NCBI GenBank assembly: GCA_035553255.1
Contig: DATNDJ010000032.1
Location: 1,353 to 65,352, forward strand
Origin: Candidatus Acidiferrales bacterium
GTDB lineage: Bacteria > Acidobacteriota > Terriglobia > Acidiferrales > UBA7541
DNA: 64,000 nt
Direction of reading: 5' to 3'
Position numbers and translations under genes: made by a program. Under the pieces are notes generated by a model. The model ran no database searches. It had not been told where the DNA came from and worked only from the letters and a program-made list of their open reading frames with translations. This document shows positions 27,001 through 37,138 of the stretch, piece after piece; position 1 is the first letter of the stretch; each line of letters begins with the position of its first letter.

Positions 27001-28140
27001 ATGTCCTCCCCCGCAGCCCCCGATAATGGGATTCTTTCCGGCCGCGCCACCGCCAAGGGAACGCTTCGCTACGCGGCGCGCCTGCAAGGACTTGCGGCGA
27101 GGGGCTACTTTCGCGAAGGTCCCGGCGGACTTTTCTTATCCTCAATCGGGCTTGGCACGTACCTGGGCGAGCCGGATCAAGCCACGGACGAGCGCTACGC
27201 CGCAGCGGCAATAGCGGCGGTGGAAGGCGGCGTAAACGTACTCGATTCGGCCATCAATTACCGCTTCCAGCGCAGCGAACGTGCCCTCGGCCGCGCGCTG
27301 GGTGCGCTCGCGGCGAAGGGATATGCGCGCGAGGAAATCGTGCTCTGCACAAAGGCGGGGTTCTTGACTCCCGATGGCGAAATGCCCGCCGATCCGAACG
27401 AATATTTGGCACGCGAATACCTAGATCGCGGGCTTTTCGGCCCGGAGGACATCGCAGCCGGCTGCCATTGCATGGCGCCTGCCTACTTGGGCGATCAGAT
27501 GGAGCGCAGCCGCCGAAATTTCGGCGTCGAATGCCTTGACGTCTTCTATTTGCACAATCCGGAAACGCAATTGACGGATATCACGAAAGAGCAGTTTCGC
27601 GTACGCGCGCGCGATGCTTTCGCGTTTCTCGAATCGGCGGTCAAGGCCGGGAAGATCGGCGCCTACGGTATGGCCACATGGAACGCTTTCCGCGAAGACC
27701 CGAAGGCGACCGGCTACCTATCGCTTGCGGAAATGGCGGCAATTGCGCGCGAAGCTGGCGGCGAAGAGCACCATTTTCGATTCGTGCAGCTTCCTTTCAA
27801 CCTTGCGATGCCGGAGGCGCTCACGCGTCCAAATCAGGAGGTGGAGGGCCGCGCGATGCCGCCCGTGCAGGCGGCGCGGGCTCTGGGGATCACGCTAATC
27901 GCCAGCGCGGCGCTGCTGCAGGGCCAGCTTGCGAAGAATTTGCCCGCATGGGTGCGATCCGCGCTGGGCCTCGCCGAGAACGCAGAACTTGCGCTGCAAT
28001 TCGCCCGCTCCGCGCCGGGAATTACGACAGCACTCACTGGCATGAGCAGTGCCGAGCACGTCCGCGCAAACCTCGCGCTGGTGCGGGTCGAACCGGCCTC
28101 GCGCGAACAGATGCGCACGCTATTCGCTTCCGGGGGATAG
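27001..28140 (+). CDS. Aldo/keto reductase family oxidoreductase
   Basis: LGLGTYLG, NVLDSAINY, SERALGRAL, LCTKAGF and YLHNPE match the AKR catalytic-tetrad context. Confidence 0.8.
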   Translation: MSSPAAPDNGILSGRATAKGTLRYAARLQGLAARGYFREGPGGLFLSSIGLGTYLGEPDQATDERYAAAAIAAVEGGVNVLDSAINYRFQRSERALGRALGALAAKGYAREEIVLCTKAGFLTPDGEMPADPNEYLAREYLDRGLFGPEDIAAGCHCMAPAYLGDQMERSRRNFGVECLDVFYLHNPETQLTDITKEQFRVRARDAFAFLESAVKAGKIGAYGMATWNAFREDPKATGYLSLAEMAAIAREAGGEEHHFRFVQLPFNLAMPEALTRPNQEVEGRAMPPVQAARALGITLIASAALLQGQLAKNLPAWVRSALGLAENAELALQFARSAPGITTALTGMSSAEHVRANLALVRVEPASREQMRTLFASGG

Positions 28141-28761
28141 AAAACTCGAGATCGCGCCCGCCAGTTTATCGAGCTTCCCTGCGAAAAAATGGCCGGCGGA
28201 ATCGACGATCACGAGGCGCTTCGGTTCTGGAATCGAGGCGAAAAGTACTTCGAGATTCGCGCGCGAGCCGAATTCGTCCTCGCCGCCCTGCACGATCAGC
28301 TTGGGTTTCGCGCAGGAGCGCAAATAGCCCAAATCCGATTTATTCACCGGAAGCCCAATGCCGATCAATTCGGCTACGCGCGATTCCTCGCACCCCACGC
28401 GCAAACCAACCCACGCGCCGAAGCTGAAGCCGGCCAGCAGGATCGAGCTCGCCGGGAATTCACGCGAAAGATAATCGAGCGCGGCGCGAACGTCGTCCTG
28501 CTCGCCGCGGCCGTTGTCGTGAATCCCTTCGCTCAATCCCGCCCCGCGAAAATTGAAACGAAGCACGGGGAGACCCGCGTCATGGAGCGTCTTCGCCGCG
28601 CGAAAGACCACTTTGTTGTGCATGGTCCCGCCGAAGAGCGGATGCGGATGGCACACGACCGCTACGCGCGCCGGACTTGCTTCCGGCGAGGTCCAGAGCA
28701 TGGATTCGAGACGCCCTGCGGGGCCTGGTATGAAAAAATTGCGATGGAAGCTATCAGCCAT
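28120..28761 (-). CDS. Alpha/beta hydrolase (COG2945-like)
   Basis: CHPHPLFGGTMHNKVV and nucleophile-elbow GFSFGAW. About 210 aa. It converges on and overlaps the AKR 3' end by 21 nt. Confidence 0.7.
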   Translation of the reverse strand: MADSFHRNFFIPGPAGRLESMLWTSPEASPARVAVVCHPHPLFGGTMHNKVVFRAAKTLHDAGLPVLRFNFRGAGLSEGIHDNGRGEQDDVRAALDYLSREFPASSILLAGFSFGAWVGLRVGCEESRVAELIGIGLPVNKSDLGYLRSCAKPKLIVQGGEDEFGSRANLEVLFASIPEPKRLVIVDSAGHFFAGKLDKLAGAISSFLSPGSE

Positions 28762-28842
28762 GGCGGCCCATGCGGATCGCGGAAGGCTGCGCTGAGATAG
28801 CGAGCGGAATCTGGGTCGCGCTTGCGTGCGACAGCGAAGTCG

Positions 28843-29568
28843 TCACGGCCTTTGCGCGCGATCCCAGCGAACCGCGACGCTCGTCAGGGTGCCCGCCGAC
28901 CCGCCGAAAGGACCAGCCGGGGAGGCAAAGCCCGCGCCCGCCAGCGCTTGAACGCGAACCACGCGACCGCTCATCTCACCGCATTCGGCCAATTCGCCCC
29001 AGGGAATCGTGGCGTGCAGATCATTGCCGGGGGCGAAGACCTGAGGCGTCTCAAAGCGTACGCCGCTGCGGGAGATATCGTCGGTCATGCATTCTTGCGC
29101 CCACGGCGCGCCAGCCGAGCGCACGAGAATCGGAAGCGCAAGCGCAACGCGCGGCGCACGGCGGCGTTCTTCGCCCTCGCGACGAGCCGCCGCAACGGGC
29201 CGATCAAATCGAAGGGCGATCGCGACGGAGGCGCCGGAATCGTGCGGCTGGACACGCAGGACCCGTGCGCGAGTCTCCGGCTGTACCCCCGCATTCGGCG
29301 CGGAATCGAACGGAAACGTGACCCATAGTCGCGAGCCTGGCGGACAGGGCTTCGCGCGGGCAACGAGCAGGCCATCGCGAGAGGCGTCTATCGTCTCGAG
29401 CGTCTCGATGCTCATGCCCAGCGAGGTATACCAGCGCATCCGAACCGGCAACGAAAGCCGCACGCGGGGATGGCTCCGCGAATCGGGCGCAATGGCGCGC
29501 GCAGGCATCATCACCTCATGGTAATCGGCGGGCATACGGAGGTCAACGGCGACGCCTTCGCCCCGCAT
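28843..29568 (-). CDS. Tandem PilZ-domain protein
   Basis: Two PilZ-like units: HPRVRL...DASRDGLLV and RRRAPRVAL...DDISRSGVRF. These are RxxxR and D/NxSxxG c-di-GMP-binding signatures. The start may be an internal ATG (29535 or 29511). Confidence 0.65.
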   Translation of the reverse strand: MRGEGVAVDLRMPADYHEVMMPARAIAPDSRSHPRVRLSLPVRMRWYTSLGMSIETLETIDASRDGLLVARAKPCPPGSRLWVTFPFDSAPNAGVQPETRARVLRVQPHDSGASVAIALRFDRPVAAARREGEERRRAPRVALALPILVRSAGAPWAQECMTDDISRSGVRFETPQVFAPGNDLHATIPWGELAECGEMSGRVVRVQALAGAGFASPAGPFGGSAGTLTSVAVRWDRAQRP

Positions 29569-29612
29569 TCGCGCCTTGCGCGCGCGAAAGCCGTTGCGCC
29601 CGCGCGGGCGGG

Positions 29613-29972
29613 GTGATAGCTTGGGCTACGAAGCACATCGGGGGACGCGTGGACACTGCTACGGATCGTCGCGCCGCACGGCGGTTTTCGATGATGCTGC
29701 CCCTGAAGGTCCGGTTTCCCGGGGGCGACGGCGTCACCGAAAAGCAGGGGCAGACGCGCGACATCAGCTTCCGCGGGCTTTATTTCCTGATCGAAGCCGC
29801 GCCGGAAACCGGCAGCTCGATCGAGTTTGTCCTCACCTTGCCGCAGCAAATTACCCTCGCAGGCGACGTAAATATTCGCTGCTACGCGCGTGTGCTGCGC
29901 GTCGAGCCGCACAACGGCCGGCGCGGCGTTGCGGCGCGCATCGAGCGCTACGAATTTCTGCCCGCCGCCTGA
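29613..29972 (+). CDS. PilZ-domain protein
   Basis: DRRAARRF ... TRDISFRGLYF gives RxxxR and DxSxxG signatures. 119 aa, divergent from the tandem PilZ gene. Confidence 0.65.
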   Translation: MIAWATKHIGGRVDTATDRRAARRFSMMLPLKVRFPGGDGVTEKQGQTRDISFRGLYFLIEAAPETGSSIEFVLTLPQQITLAGDVNIRCYARVLRVEPHNGRRGVAARIERYEFLPAA

Positions 29973-30029
29973 AGGCACTGGCGCGCGGACGCACTTGCTG
30001 AAAAATCCTTCCCGAAACATCCGCAACTG

Positions 30030-30743
30030 ATGCAAGATTTGAGCCGGAGATTTCGGATGGCCCGGCACACGCTGCTCATTGATGCGGACGACACCCTCTG
30101 GGAAAACAACATCTTCTTCGAAAAGACAATCGAGCATTTCATTTCCTCGCTCGAACACCTCGGCTATACGCGCGAATACATCCGTCGAATCCTTAATGAG
30201 ACCGAACGTCGCAACATCCGCCAGCACGGTTACGGGGTTCGCAGCTTTCGCCGCTCGCTGGAAGAGACGTACCTGAAGCTCGCCGGCAATGCGGCGCAGC
30301 AGGAGCTTGTGCAGGAAATCGAACGGATGGCGGCAGAGCTTGAAAACACGCCGCCACAGATTCTTGAGGGCGTGCCCGAAACTCTCGCCTATCTGGCGAA
30401 GCATCACCGCTTGATTTTGCTCACTAAGGGGCAGCCCCCCGAACAAGTGGCGAAGCTCGAACGCTCCGGGTTGCAGTCCTATTTCGATGCGATCGAAATC
30501 GTAACTGAAAAGGAATCAGGCACGTACGAGCGCATGATCGGCCAGTTCAAGATCGTTAAGTCGCACGGCTGGATGGTGGGCAATAGCCCGCTGAGCGATA
30601 TCAATCCCGCGCTGCAGGCCGGCCTAAACGCCGTCTTCATTCCTCACCCCGCCACTTGGGAACTGGAGAAGGCCGAAGTGGAAAGCGGTACCGGAAAGCT
30701 GGTGATCCTTACGAGTTTCCGCGGCCTGCGTGAGCATTTCTGA
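30030..30743 (+). CDS. HAD-superfamily hydrolase
   Basis: Motif I LLIDADDTLWE, motif II LILLTKG, motif IV-like GNSPLSDI. Confidence 0.75.
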   Translation: MQDLSRRFRMARHTLLIDADDTLWENNIFFEKTIEHFISSLEHLGYTREYIRRILNETERRNIRQHGYGVRSFRRSLEETYLKLAGNAAQQELVQEIERMAAELENTPPQILEGVPETLAYLAKHHRLILLTKGQPPEQVAKLERSGLQSYFDAIEIVTEKESGTYERMIGQFKIVKSHGWMVGNSPLSDINPALQAGLNAVFIPHPATWELEKAEVESGTGKLVILTSFRGLREHF

Positions 30744-30767
30744 CCACCCGCCGCACCCTCAAGGGCG

Positions 30768-31331
30768 CTATGCGGCGGCAGCCAGCCGATAAAAACTGAG
30801 CGCTGCGCCGCCTTGTTCGAGCAGCCGGACGCGCTCGAGCCGATCGAAACGCTCAGGAAGCTCCGACTTGCCGTGATGTTCGGCGATTACCACGCCCCGC
30901 GGCGCAACCAAGCGCGACACATCGAGATATTCCAAAGCGCGCAGGTGCTGGGCAGATTTGGCGTACGGCGGATCGAGAAATATAAAATCTGCCAGGACGC
31001 GCCGCGCGGCGAGCCGATCAAGACCGCGCTCGACGTCCGCTTCGATCACTTCCGCTCCACGACCGATCTGGAGCGAGGCGAGGTTTTCCCGGACGAGGCG
31101 CGCGGCAGCAGCATGCGATTCTATGAAAATCACTTCACGCGCCCCGCGGCTAAGTGCTTCGATTCCGATCGCGCCGGTTCCCGCGTAGAGATCGAGGAAC
31201 AACGATTCCTCTACAGCCGAGCCAAGCACGTTGAAGAGCGTCTCGCGAAGCCTGTCGCTTGTGGGGCGCAGGCGCAGCGCACCCGGCCCCTTCAGCCTGC
31301 GGCTGCGATAATTTCCGGCGATCACGCGCAC
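30768..31331 (-). CDS. rsmD: 16S rRNA (guanine966-N2)-methyltransferase RsmD
   Basis: MRVIAGNYRSRRL...RPTSDRLRETLFNVLG, SAM motif LDLYAGTGAIGIEALSRGA, and FLDPPY. Confidence 0.85.
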   Translation of the reverse strand: MRVIAGNYRSRRLKGPGALRLRPTSDRLRETLFNVLGSAVEESLFLDLYAGTGAIGIEALSRGAREVIFIESHAAAARLVRENLASLQIGRGAEVIEADVERGLDRLAARRVLADFIFLDPPYAKSAQHLRALEYLDVSRLVAPRGVVIAEHHGKSELPERFDRLERVRLLEQGGAALSFYRLAAAA

Positions 31332-31351
31332 GGTGCGGCCTCGTTTCGGGA

Positions 31352-33496
31352 TTATCCCACGGAAGCGAGCAGGTATCGCTTCTGCCAGGCTGGGCTGAGG
31401 GATTCCAGGCGCGCCACCACTTCCTCGGCGCCGGCGCGGTCCTCCGCAAGGGCAAAGGCCTCGCGGCGCGCGGCTTCCAAAAGCTCTCGGTCGCGCAGCG
31501 GTTGAGCGGCCGAAAAAGCCGCATCGCCATGCTGGCGCGTGCCGAAGAATTGGCCGGGCCCGCGTTGTTTCAGGTCGCGTTCGGCAATTTCAAAGCCGTT
31601 CGACGTGGCGACCATTGTCTCGAGGCGCTCGCGCGCTTCCGCCGCGACCGATGCGGCGGCCACCAGAATGCAGCAGGACTTTTCCTTGCCGCGTCCGATT
31701 CGCCCTCGCAATTGGTGGAGCTGCGCCAAGCCGAAGCGGTCGGCATGCTCAATCACCATCACCGTAGCATTGGGCACGTCCACGCCGACTTCGATCACCG
31801 TGGTGGCCACTAAAATCTGAATGGCGCCGGAGCGAAACTCCTCCATCACGGCATCCTTCTTTTCGTTCTTCAGGCGGCCATGAAGCAAGCCCACGCGAAA
31901 CTTGGGAAAGACCTGTGCGGCAAGGCGCTGGTATTCGGCTGTGGCCGCCTTCAGTTCCTGCTTCGATTCCTCGATCACGGGATAGATTACGTAGCCCTGG
32001 CGGCCGCGCACAATTTCGCGCCGCAGGAACTCCCACACGCCCGGGAGCTGCTGGTCGGTGCTCCACCGCGTCTGGACGGGCATCCGGCCGGGAGGCATTT
32101 CGTCAATTACGGAGAGATCGAGATCGCCGTAGAGAGTAAGCGCGAGGGTGCGCGGAATCGGCGTAGCCGTCATCACGAGCACGTGCGGCGCAACGCCCTT
32201 CTCAATCAGGCGTTTGCGTTGCAGCACGCCGAAGCGGTGCTGCTCGTCAATAATCACCAGGCCGAGCTTGCGAAATTCCACGGGGTCTTCGATCAGCGCG
32301 TGCGTTCCGGCGACGAACTGAACGTCGCCGCTGGCGATGCGCTCGAGGGCGCGCTCCCGCTCCTCGCGCTTCCGTCCGCTCGCGAGCAGCTCCGCCTGAT
32401 ATCCCGCCGGGGCGAAGATGCGCCTGGCGGATAAAAAATGCTGCGCGGCAAGAATTTCGGTGGGTGCCATCAGCGCCACCTGGCAGCCGTTTTCGATGGC
32501 AATCGCCGCGGCCTCGAGAGCCACGATGGTTTTCCCGCTGCCAACGTCACCTTCGAGCAGGCGGTGCATCGGCGCGGGGCGCTCCAGGTCCGCGGCGATT
32601 TCCGCAAGTACGCGCTTCTGCGCCGCCGTGGGCTTAAAGGGAAGGATCCGCTTCAACGCGGCCCGAATAGCATCGTCGCGGACGCGCATGGCGATGCCCT
32701 TGGCACGGCGCTCGCGCAATCGCCGCAGCGCCAGGGCAAGCTGATAGTAAAAGAATTCCTCGAAAATCAGCCGGATTTGCGCCGGACTGCGAAAATTATT
32801 GAGCAGGTCCGCCGATTCCTGCTTCGAGGGAAAATGTACGCCGAGGATCGCTTCGCGGCGGGACGGAAAGCGATACCGCTCGCGGATTCCGGCAGGCAAC
32901 GGGTCCGGCATATCGTCGGCCAGGTTCAGCAGCAAGCCGTAAATGATTTTACGGAGCATCCGCGAGCTGACCGGCCCAATGGCCTCGTAGATAGGCACGA
33001 TGCGGCCGACTTCCGTGGAATCCGTGGCTGCTTGGGACGCAGCAGCATCGCCTTGGCCGAGCAACTCGATTTCCGGATTGACCATTTCGAGCCGTGCGGG
33101 CCGATAGGGGTCAACCTCCACTTTGCCGTGCATCACCAGGCGCTGCCCTGGCTTCAGCCGGTTCTGCAGATACGCGCCATGGAAAAAGCGCAGGTGCAAC
33201 ATGCCGGAACCGTCGCGCACCGACACGTGGAACACCGGCCCGCGGCCGCGCGCAAACCGAACCACTCCGCCCCCGCCGCCACAAACCTCCGCGGAAAGCG
33301 TATGAACCTGACCGGGAATTGCCTCGGCGATCTTCGTGAAGCGAATGCGGTCCTCGTAGCGAAAGGGTAGATAGGCGAGCAGGTCGGCGGCAGTCGCGAT
33401 GCCGCGCTCCTCGAGTGCCGCGGCGCGATGCGGACCGACCCCGCGCAGATATTTCACAGAATCGCTCAGTCTGTTGGGCATAGGAGTCGCTTGCAA
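31352..33496 (-). CDS. recG: ATP-dependent DNA helicase RecG
   Basis: Wedge domain plus SF2 helicase: GDVGSGKT, DEQHRFG, MTATPIPRT, GRLKNEEK-like, QLHQLRGRIGRG. Confidence 0.95.
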   Translation of the reverse strand: MQATPMPNRLSDSVKYLRGVGPHRAAALEERGIATAADLLAYLPFRYEDRIRFTKIAEAIPGQVHTLSAEVCGGGGGVVRFARGRGPVFHVSVRDGSGMLHLRFFHGAYLQNRLKPGQRLVMHGKVEVDPYRPARLEMVNPEIELLGQGDAAASQAATDSTEVGRIVPIYEAIGPVSSRMLRKIIYGLLLNLADDMPDPLPAGIRERYRFPSRREAILGVHFPSKQESADLLNNFRSPAQIRLIFEEFFYYQLALALRRLRERRAKGIAMRVRDDAIRAALKRILPFKPTAAQKRVLAEIAADLERPAPMHRLLEGDVGSGKTIVALEAAAIAIENGCQVALMAPTEILAAQHFLSARRIFAPAGYQAELLASGRKREERERALERIASGDVQFVAGTHALIEDPVEFRKLGLVIIDEQHRFGVLQRKRLIEKGVAPHVLVMTATPIPRTLALTLYGDLDLSVIDEMPPGRMPVQTRWSTDQQLPGVWEFLRREIVRGRQGYVIYPVIEESKQELKAATAEYQRLAAQVFPKFRVGLLHGRLKNEKKDAVMEEFRSGAIQILVATTVIEVGVDVPNATVMVIEHADRFGLAQLHQLRGRIGRGKEKSCCILVAAASVAAEARERLETMVATSNGFEIAERDLKQRGPGQFFGTRQHGDAAFSAAQPLRDRELLEAARREAFALAEDRAGAEEVVARLESLSPAWQKRYLLASVG

Positions 33497-33576
33497 TGCC
33501 GCCGCTCCATCTTCTTATATCATTGCTGCGCTTTGAGAGAAGAAGCGGCACACCGGGCGGCGATTCACGGATATTC

Positions 33577-34380
33577 TCAGCGGAAAATCATGCCGGCGTA
33601 CCCGACCACTTCGTCGCGCTCGCCGGTCACGTCGCCCGAGGTGGCGTAGCGGACGAGTTCCGCATGTTGAGCGCCCAGGTCGCGCGCTGCAACCAGCATC
33701 GCCACGGCGGCGGCATAACCGCACATCGAGATTTGTTCGCCGCGAACCACGCCATAGAGGCCGCGCGGATCGAGGGCCAGCAGGCGGTCCAGCGCGCGAT
33801 GGTCCTTCGCACGCGTGATTGCATCGCTCTCATAATGATTCATATCCGAACTGGCGACGATCAGCACCGGTTCCGGCTGCGCCGCCACCACGCGCGCCAC
33901 GGCGCGGCCCAGTTCCTCGATCAGAGGATAGCGATCCACCGCGAGCACGATGGGCGCAAAGCGAAAACCAGGCGCCAGCCGCTGCAGAAACGGAAGCTGG
34001 ACCTCGAGCGAATGTTCGCTCTCGTGCGCCACCGCGTCTTCGCGCAAATGTGGAAACGCGCGGATAAGCCCCGTGGCGAGCGCGCGATCTACCGATGCTT
34101 CGCCAAGCGGTGTCGCCCACGCACCGCCGGATAGAATCGCCATCGCAGCCCCGCGAGGAAAATGCCGCGGGCCAAGCAAGATACAATGCGCCGGAATCTC
34201 CAGCGCTGCATAAACCGCACCCGCGACGTGCCCGGAATAGAGGTAGCCCGCATGCGGGACTAGGCATGCAATGGCAGCGGACTTCGCGGAATTTTCGGGC
34301 GTATGGCTTTCGATGCTTCGCGCGAGTGCGGCTGGGTCCACAGGATAAAAACGGCCGGCAACGGCAGGCGGACGAATCAT
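33577..34380 (-). CDS. MEMO1-family protein (AmmeMemoRadiSam system protein B)
   Basis: MIRPPAVAGRFYPVDPAAL..., VPHAGYLYSGHVAG, and HSLEVQLPFLQ motifs. Confidence 0.85.
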   Translation of the reverse strand: MIRPPAVAGRFYPVDPAALARSIESHTPENSAKSAAIACLVPHAGYLYSGHVAGAVYAALEIPAHCILLGPRHFPRGAAMAILSGGAWATPLGEASVDRALATGLIRAFPHLREDAVAHESEHSLEVQLPFLQRLAPGFRFAPIVLAVDRYPLIEELGRAVARVVAAQPEPVLIVASSDMNHYESDAITRAKDHRALDRLLALDPRGLYGVVRGEQISMCGYAAAVAMLVAARDLGAQHAELVRYATSGDVTGERDEVVGYAGMIFR

Positions 34381-34411
34381 CGGGTAAGAATAGCTGGTGA
34401 GATAGCGAAGG

Positions 34412-34789
34412 CTAAGAGGACTTGGACGGCTTGCCTTTGATTTTGTATGCGACTGTTCCGCCGGGCTGCCACAGAACCTTGATCTTGTCGCCGTAGTGAT
34501 ATCCGCCCGCGTCCTCGATTTGCTGCATGCGAATCTTCAGGGCCGGGGCGTAGCTAAACGTATGGACCATAAGGCCATTGCCCTGCTCTCGGACGATCAG
34601 CACCTCGCCATCGGCATGGATCACTTCGGCCCTCAGCCACGAGCTCGAAACGGCTTGCGAGGGAACATGAACGGGGTGTGCGCGGTCCAGAATCGGGGCG
34701 GGGCGCACGGCCTGCCCGCGGGCGGCCGGAGCGGCCGCCATTATGGCGACACCGGCCAACACCGCGGCGAAAATACTAAAGCTCTTCAT
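34412..34789 (-). CDS. Small secreted hypothetical protein
   Basis: Signal peptide MKSFSIFAAVLAGVAIMAAAPAARG, then a beta-rich body. No family recognised. Confidence 0.5.
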   Translation of the reverse strand: MKSFSIFAAVLAGVAIMAAAPAARGQAVRPAPILDRAHPVHVPSQAVSSSWLRAEVIHADGEVLIVREQGNGLMVHTFSYAPALKIRMQQIEDAGGYHYGDKIKVLWQPGGTVAYKIKGKPSKSS

Positions 34790-35096
34790 CGAATGAAATT
34801 TTCAATGATTTCAGGAACTTTATATCCTGCGGCGTGATTTCGACCCTTGGCGCGACTTCTTCGGTGTCGAGCACTTCATCGTCCACGCGGATGTGCAACG
34901 ATTCAAGAAACCGTCGGTCATGCTGCGTCATGCGTGCGTCCTGTGCGCTGCGGCGCGCAAGGCCGATCGTCGCGTCCAGCTTCAGCACGATATCGAAGCC
35001 GGCCGCGCGCACGCTGGAAATCGCCTCGGCGACGCGGTCGGATTCCGAGACGCTGTCGTTGATCGCGTGGCCCAGATCGCGTAGAAGCTGCTTCAT
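34776..35096 (-). CDS. Hypothetical acidic protein
   Basis: From the internal ATG at 35096: MKQLLRDLGHAINDSVSESDRVAEAISSVRAAGFDIVLKLD... The upstream part of the ORF-track call is Arg/Gly-rich noise. No family recognised. Confidence 0.4.
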   Translation of the reverse strand: MKQLLRDLGHAINDSVSESDRVAEAISSVRAAGFDIVLKLDATIGLARRSAQDARMTQHDRRFLESLHIRVDDEVLDTEEVAPRVEITPQDIKFLKSLKISFDEEL

Positions 35097-35209
35097 GCGG
35101 TCGTCGAGTTGCAAGGGCGTAACCTCCTGTGGCAAGCCCTTTCGTACAACAATTCTAGACGCGAGGCAAGAGCGAAACAAGCCTCGCGTCGGGCGGGTGG
35201 GCGCGAAGG

Positions 35210-36775
35210 TTAATGCCCTGCCGACGGTGCCCCGCCAAGCTCGGCATAGGCCCGCAGAGCGCCCAGAATTTCCTCCCCGTAGACCTCGGTCTTGCGTTCC
35301 CCAAAGCCGGAAACCTGCCGAAGTTCCTTCAAGTTGCGGGGGCGGCATCTGCAAAGGTCTTCCAACGACGTGTCATGCATGATGATGAAGGCGGGGACGG
35401 AATCGCGCTTCGCCCGCTCGCGGCGCCAGTTGCGCATGACCTCCAGCAGCGCCCGATTCACGCCCGCGGCAGACGGGCCATCCTGCGCCTTTGCGGATGA
35501 TCGGCGGCGCGTGCGTCCGCGCGACGCTGGCTCCGGATCGAGCGGCTCGCGCATCCATTGCACATCGCAGCCGCAGACGTCGCACGCGCCGCACGTCTGC
35601 CATTTGGGCGTCTCGCCGAAATGGACGCATATCTGAAGGTGCCGGCAAGATTTCGATTCCACGAAGCGGCGAATTTGGTGGTACCGGTCCCACGCGCGCT
35701 CTTTTTCCGCGGGATCGCCGATTTGATTGATGAAGTGCACGAGCAATCCGAGATCTTTTTTCCGCCACAGCAGCAGGCAATCGGCGGAAAGGCCGTCGCG
35801 TCCGGCGCGGCCCGCTTCCTGGTAATACTGCTCGATGGATTGCGGAAGCGACAGGTGGATCACCGCGCGAACTGAAGCCTTGTTGATGCCCAGCCCGAAT
35901 GCCGTGGTGCCCACAAGCACGCGAACCTCGTCGGACATCCACCGCTCTTGATTTTTCCGGCGCTCGTCCGCTTCCATCCGCCCGTGATACTGCACGCAGG
36001 CGATGCCATGAGCCGCCAGATGGGCCGCCGTTTCCGAAACGCGCGCGATCGTGGGCGAATAGACGATCACGTGCCCTTCGGATTGCCTCCGGATGCATTT
36101 CACCAGCAGTTCGGCCTGTTCGGCCGCGGGGCATTCGCGCGCGACGTAGCGCAGATTCGCACGATGAAAGCTCGCAATCTCCTTCTGCGGGTCGCGTAAT
36201 TGGAGCTGCGCGATGATGTCGTGCCGGACGCGCCGCGTAGCGCTGGCGGTAAAGGCGGCGATCGCGAGGCCCGGAAACTCGGAACGCAAGCGGCTGAGCA
36301 GCCGATACTCAGGACGAAATTCGTGCCCCCATTCGGAGATGCAATGCGCCTCGTCAATCACAAAAAAGGAAACGGGAACGCGCCGCAGCCACTCGGATGT
36401 GTCCGCCCGGGCGAGGCGCTCAGGCGACAAATAGAGCAACCGGTAAGTGCCGCTGCAAGCCGCCTCGATGCACTCCCGCTGCCGAGCCGCGGGTATCGAG
36501 CTATTGAGCACAGCGGCAGGAATGCCCATCTGGACGAGCTGCGCCACCTGATCCTGCATCAGCGCGATCAGCGGCGAGACCACAATCGCACTTTTCTGCG
36601 AGAGCAGCGCGGCGGGCAGCTGATAACACAGCGACTTTCCGCCGCCGGTGGGCATCACCACGCACGCGTCGCGCCCTGCCAGAATGCTGCGGATCACGCG
36701 CTCTTGCTTCGGGCGAAACGAATCGTATCCCCAATACCTCCGCAGGGCTCCGCCCAGATCGTGGTTCTCCGGCAT
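35210..36775 (-). CDS. recQ: ATP-dependent DNA helicase RecQ
   Basis: From ATG 36775: LRRYWGYDSFRPKQERVI...MPTGGGKSLCYQLPA, DEAHCISEWGHEFRPEY, a Zn-binding Cys cluster, and a C-terminal HRDC-like segment. Confidence 0.95.
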   Translation of the reverse strand: MPENHDLGGALRRYWGYDSFRPKQERVIRSILAGRDACVVMPTGGGKSLCYQLPAALLSQKSAIVVSPLIALMQDQVAQLVQMGIPAAVLNSSIPAARQRECIEAACSGTYRLLYLSPERLARADTSEWLRRVPVSFFVIDEAHCISEWGHEFRPEYRLLSRLRSEFPGLAIAAFTASATRRVRHDIIAQLQLRDPQKEIASFHRANLRYVARECPAAEQAELLVKCIRRQSEGHVIVYSPTIARVSETAAHLAAHGIACVQYHGRMEADERRKNQERWMSDEVRVLVGTTAFGLGINKASVRAVIHLSLPQSIEQYYQEAGRAGRDGLSADCLLLWRKKDLGLLVHFINQIGDPAEKERAWDRYHQIRRFVESKSCRHLQICVHFGETPKWQTCGACDVCGCDVQWMREPLDPEPASRGRTRRRSSAKAQDGPSAAGVNRALLEVMRNWRRERAKRDSVPAFIIMHDTSLEDLCRCRPRNLKELRQVSGFGERKTEVYGEEILGALRAYAELGGAPSAGH

Positions 36776-36846
36776 CCGCACAGTATAGGAGGGCGTCCCG
36801 CATCGGTCCAGAGCGGCCACTAGCCTAATAGTTGTAGAATCGGGGC

Positions 36847-37104
36847 ATGAAACCGCACATCCTGCCGGTGCTCTGGCGGTCCGCACTGGTCACGCTGCGC
36901 AACTTCTGGCGCATCGCGCGGCAGCTATTCCATGAGGCAACCGGCGCGCTCTTTGCACTTTTCGCCGCCGAGGGCGTCTGGATGGTGTGGCGCCAGTGGA
37001 AATATCATCCGGCATGGTGGCTGGTGACGCTCGCGGCAGCCTATTCGCTGATGATGGGCGTCTTCGCGTTCGCTTCCTTCCGCCGCGCGCGCCGCATTCG
37101 ATGA
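36847..37104 (+). CDS. Small membrane protein (2 TM), hypothetical
   Basis: Two hydrophobic helices ([38 protein letters not shown]). No family recognised. Confidence 0.4.
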   Translation: MKPHILPVLWRSALVTLRNFWRIARQLFHEATGALFALFAAEGVWMVWRQWKYHPAWWLVTLAAAYSLMMGVFAFASFRRARRIR

Positions 37105-37138
37105 AACCCTGCTGCCGCATTGCGCACCCGAGTTCCCG

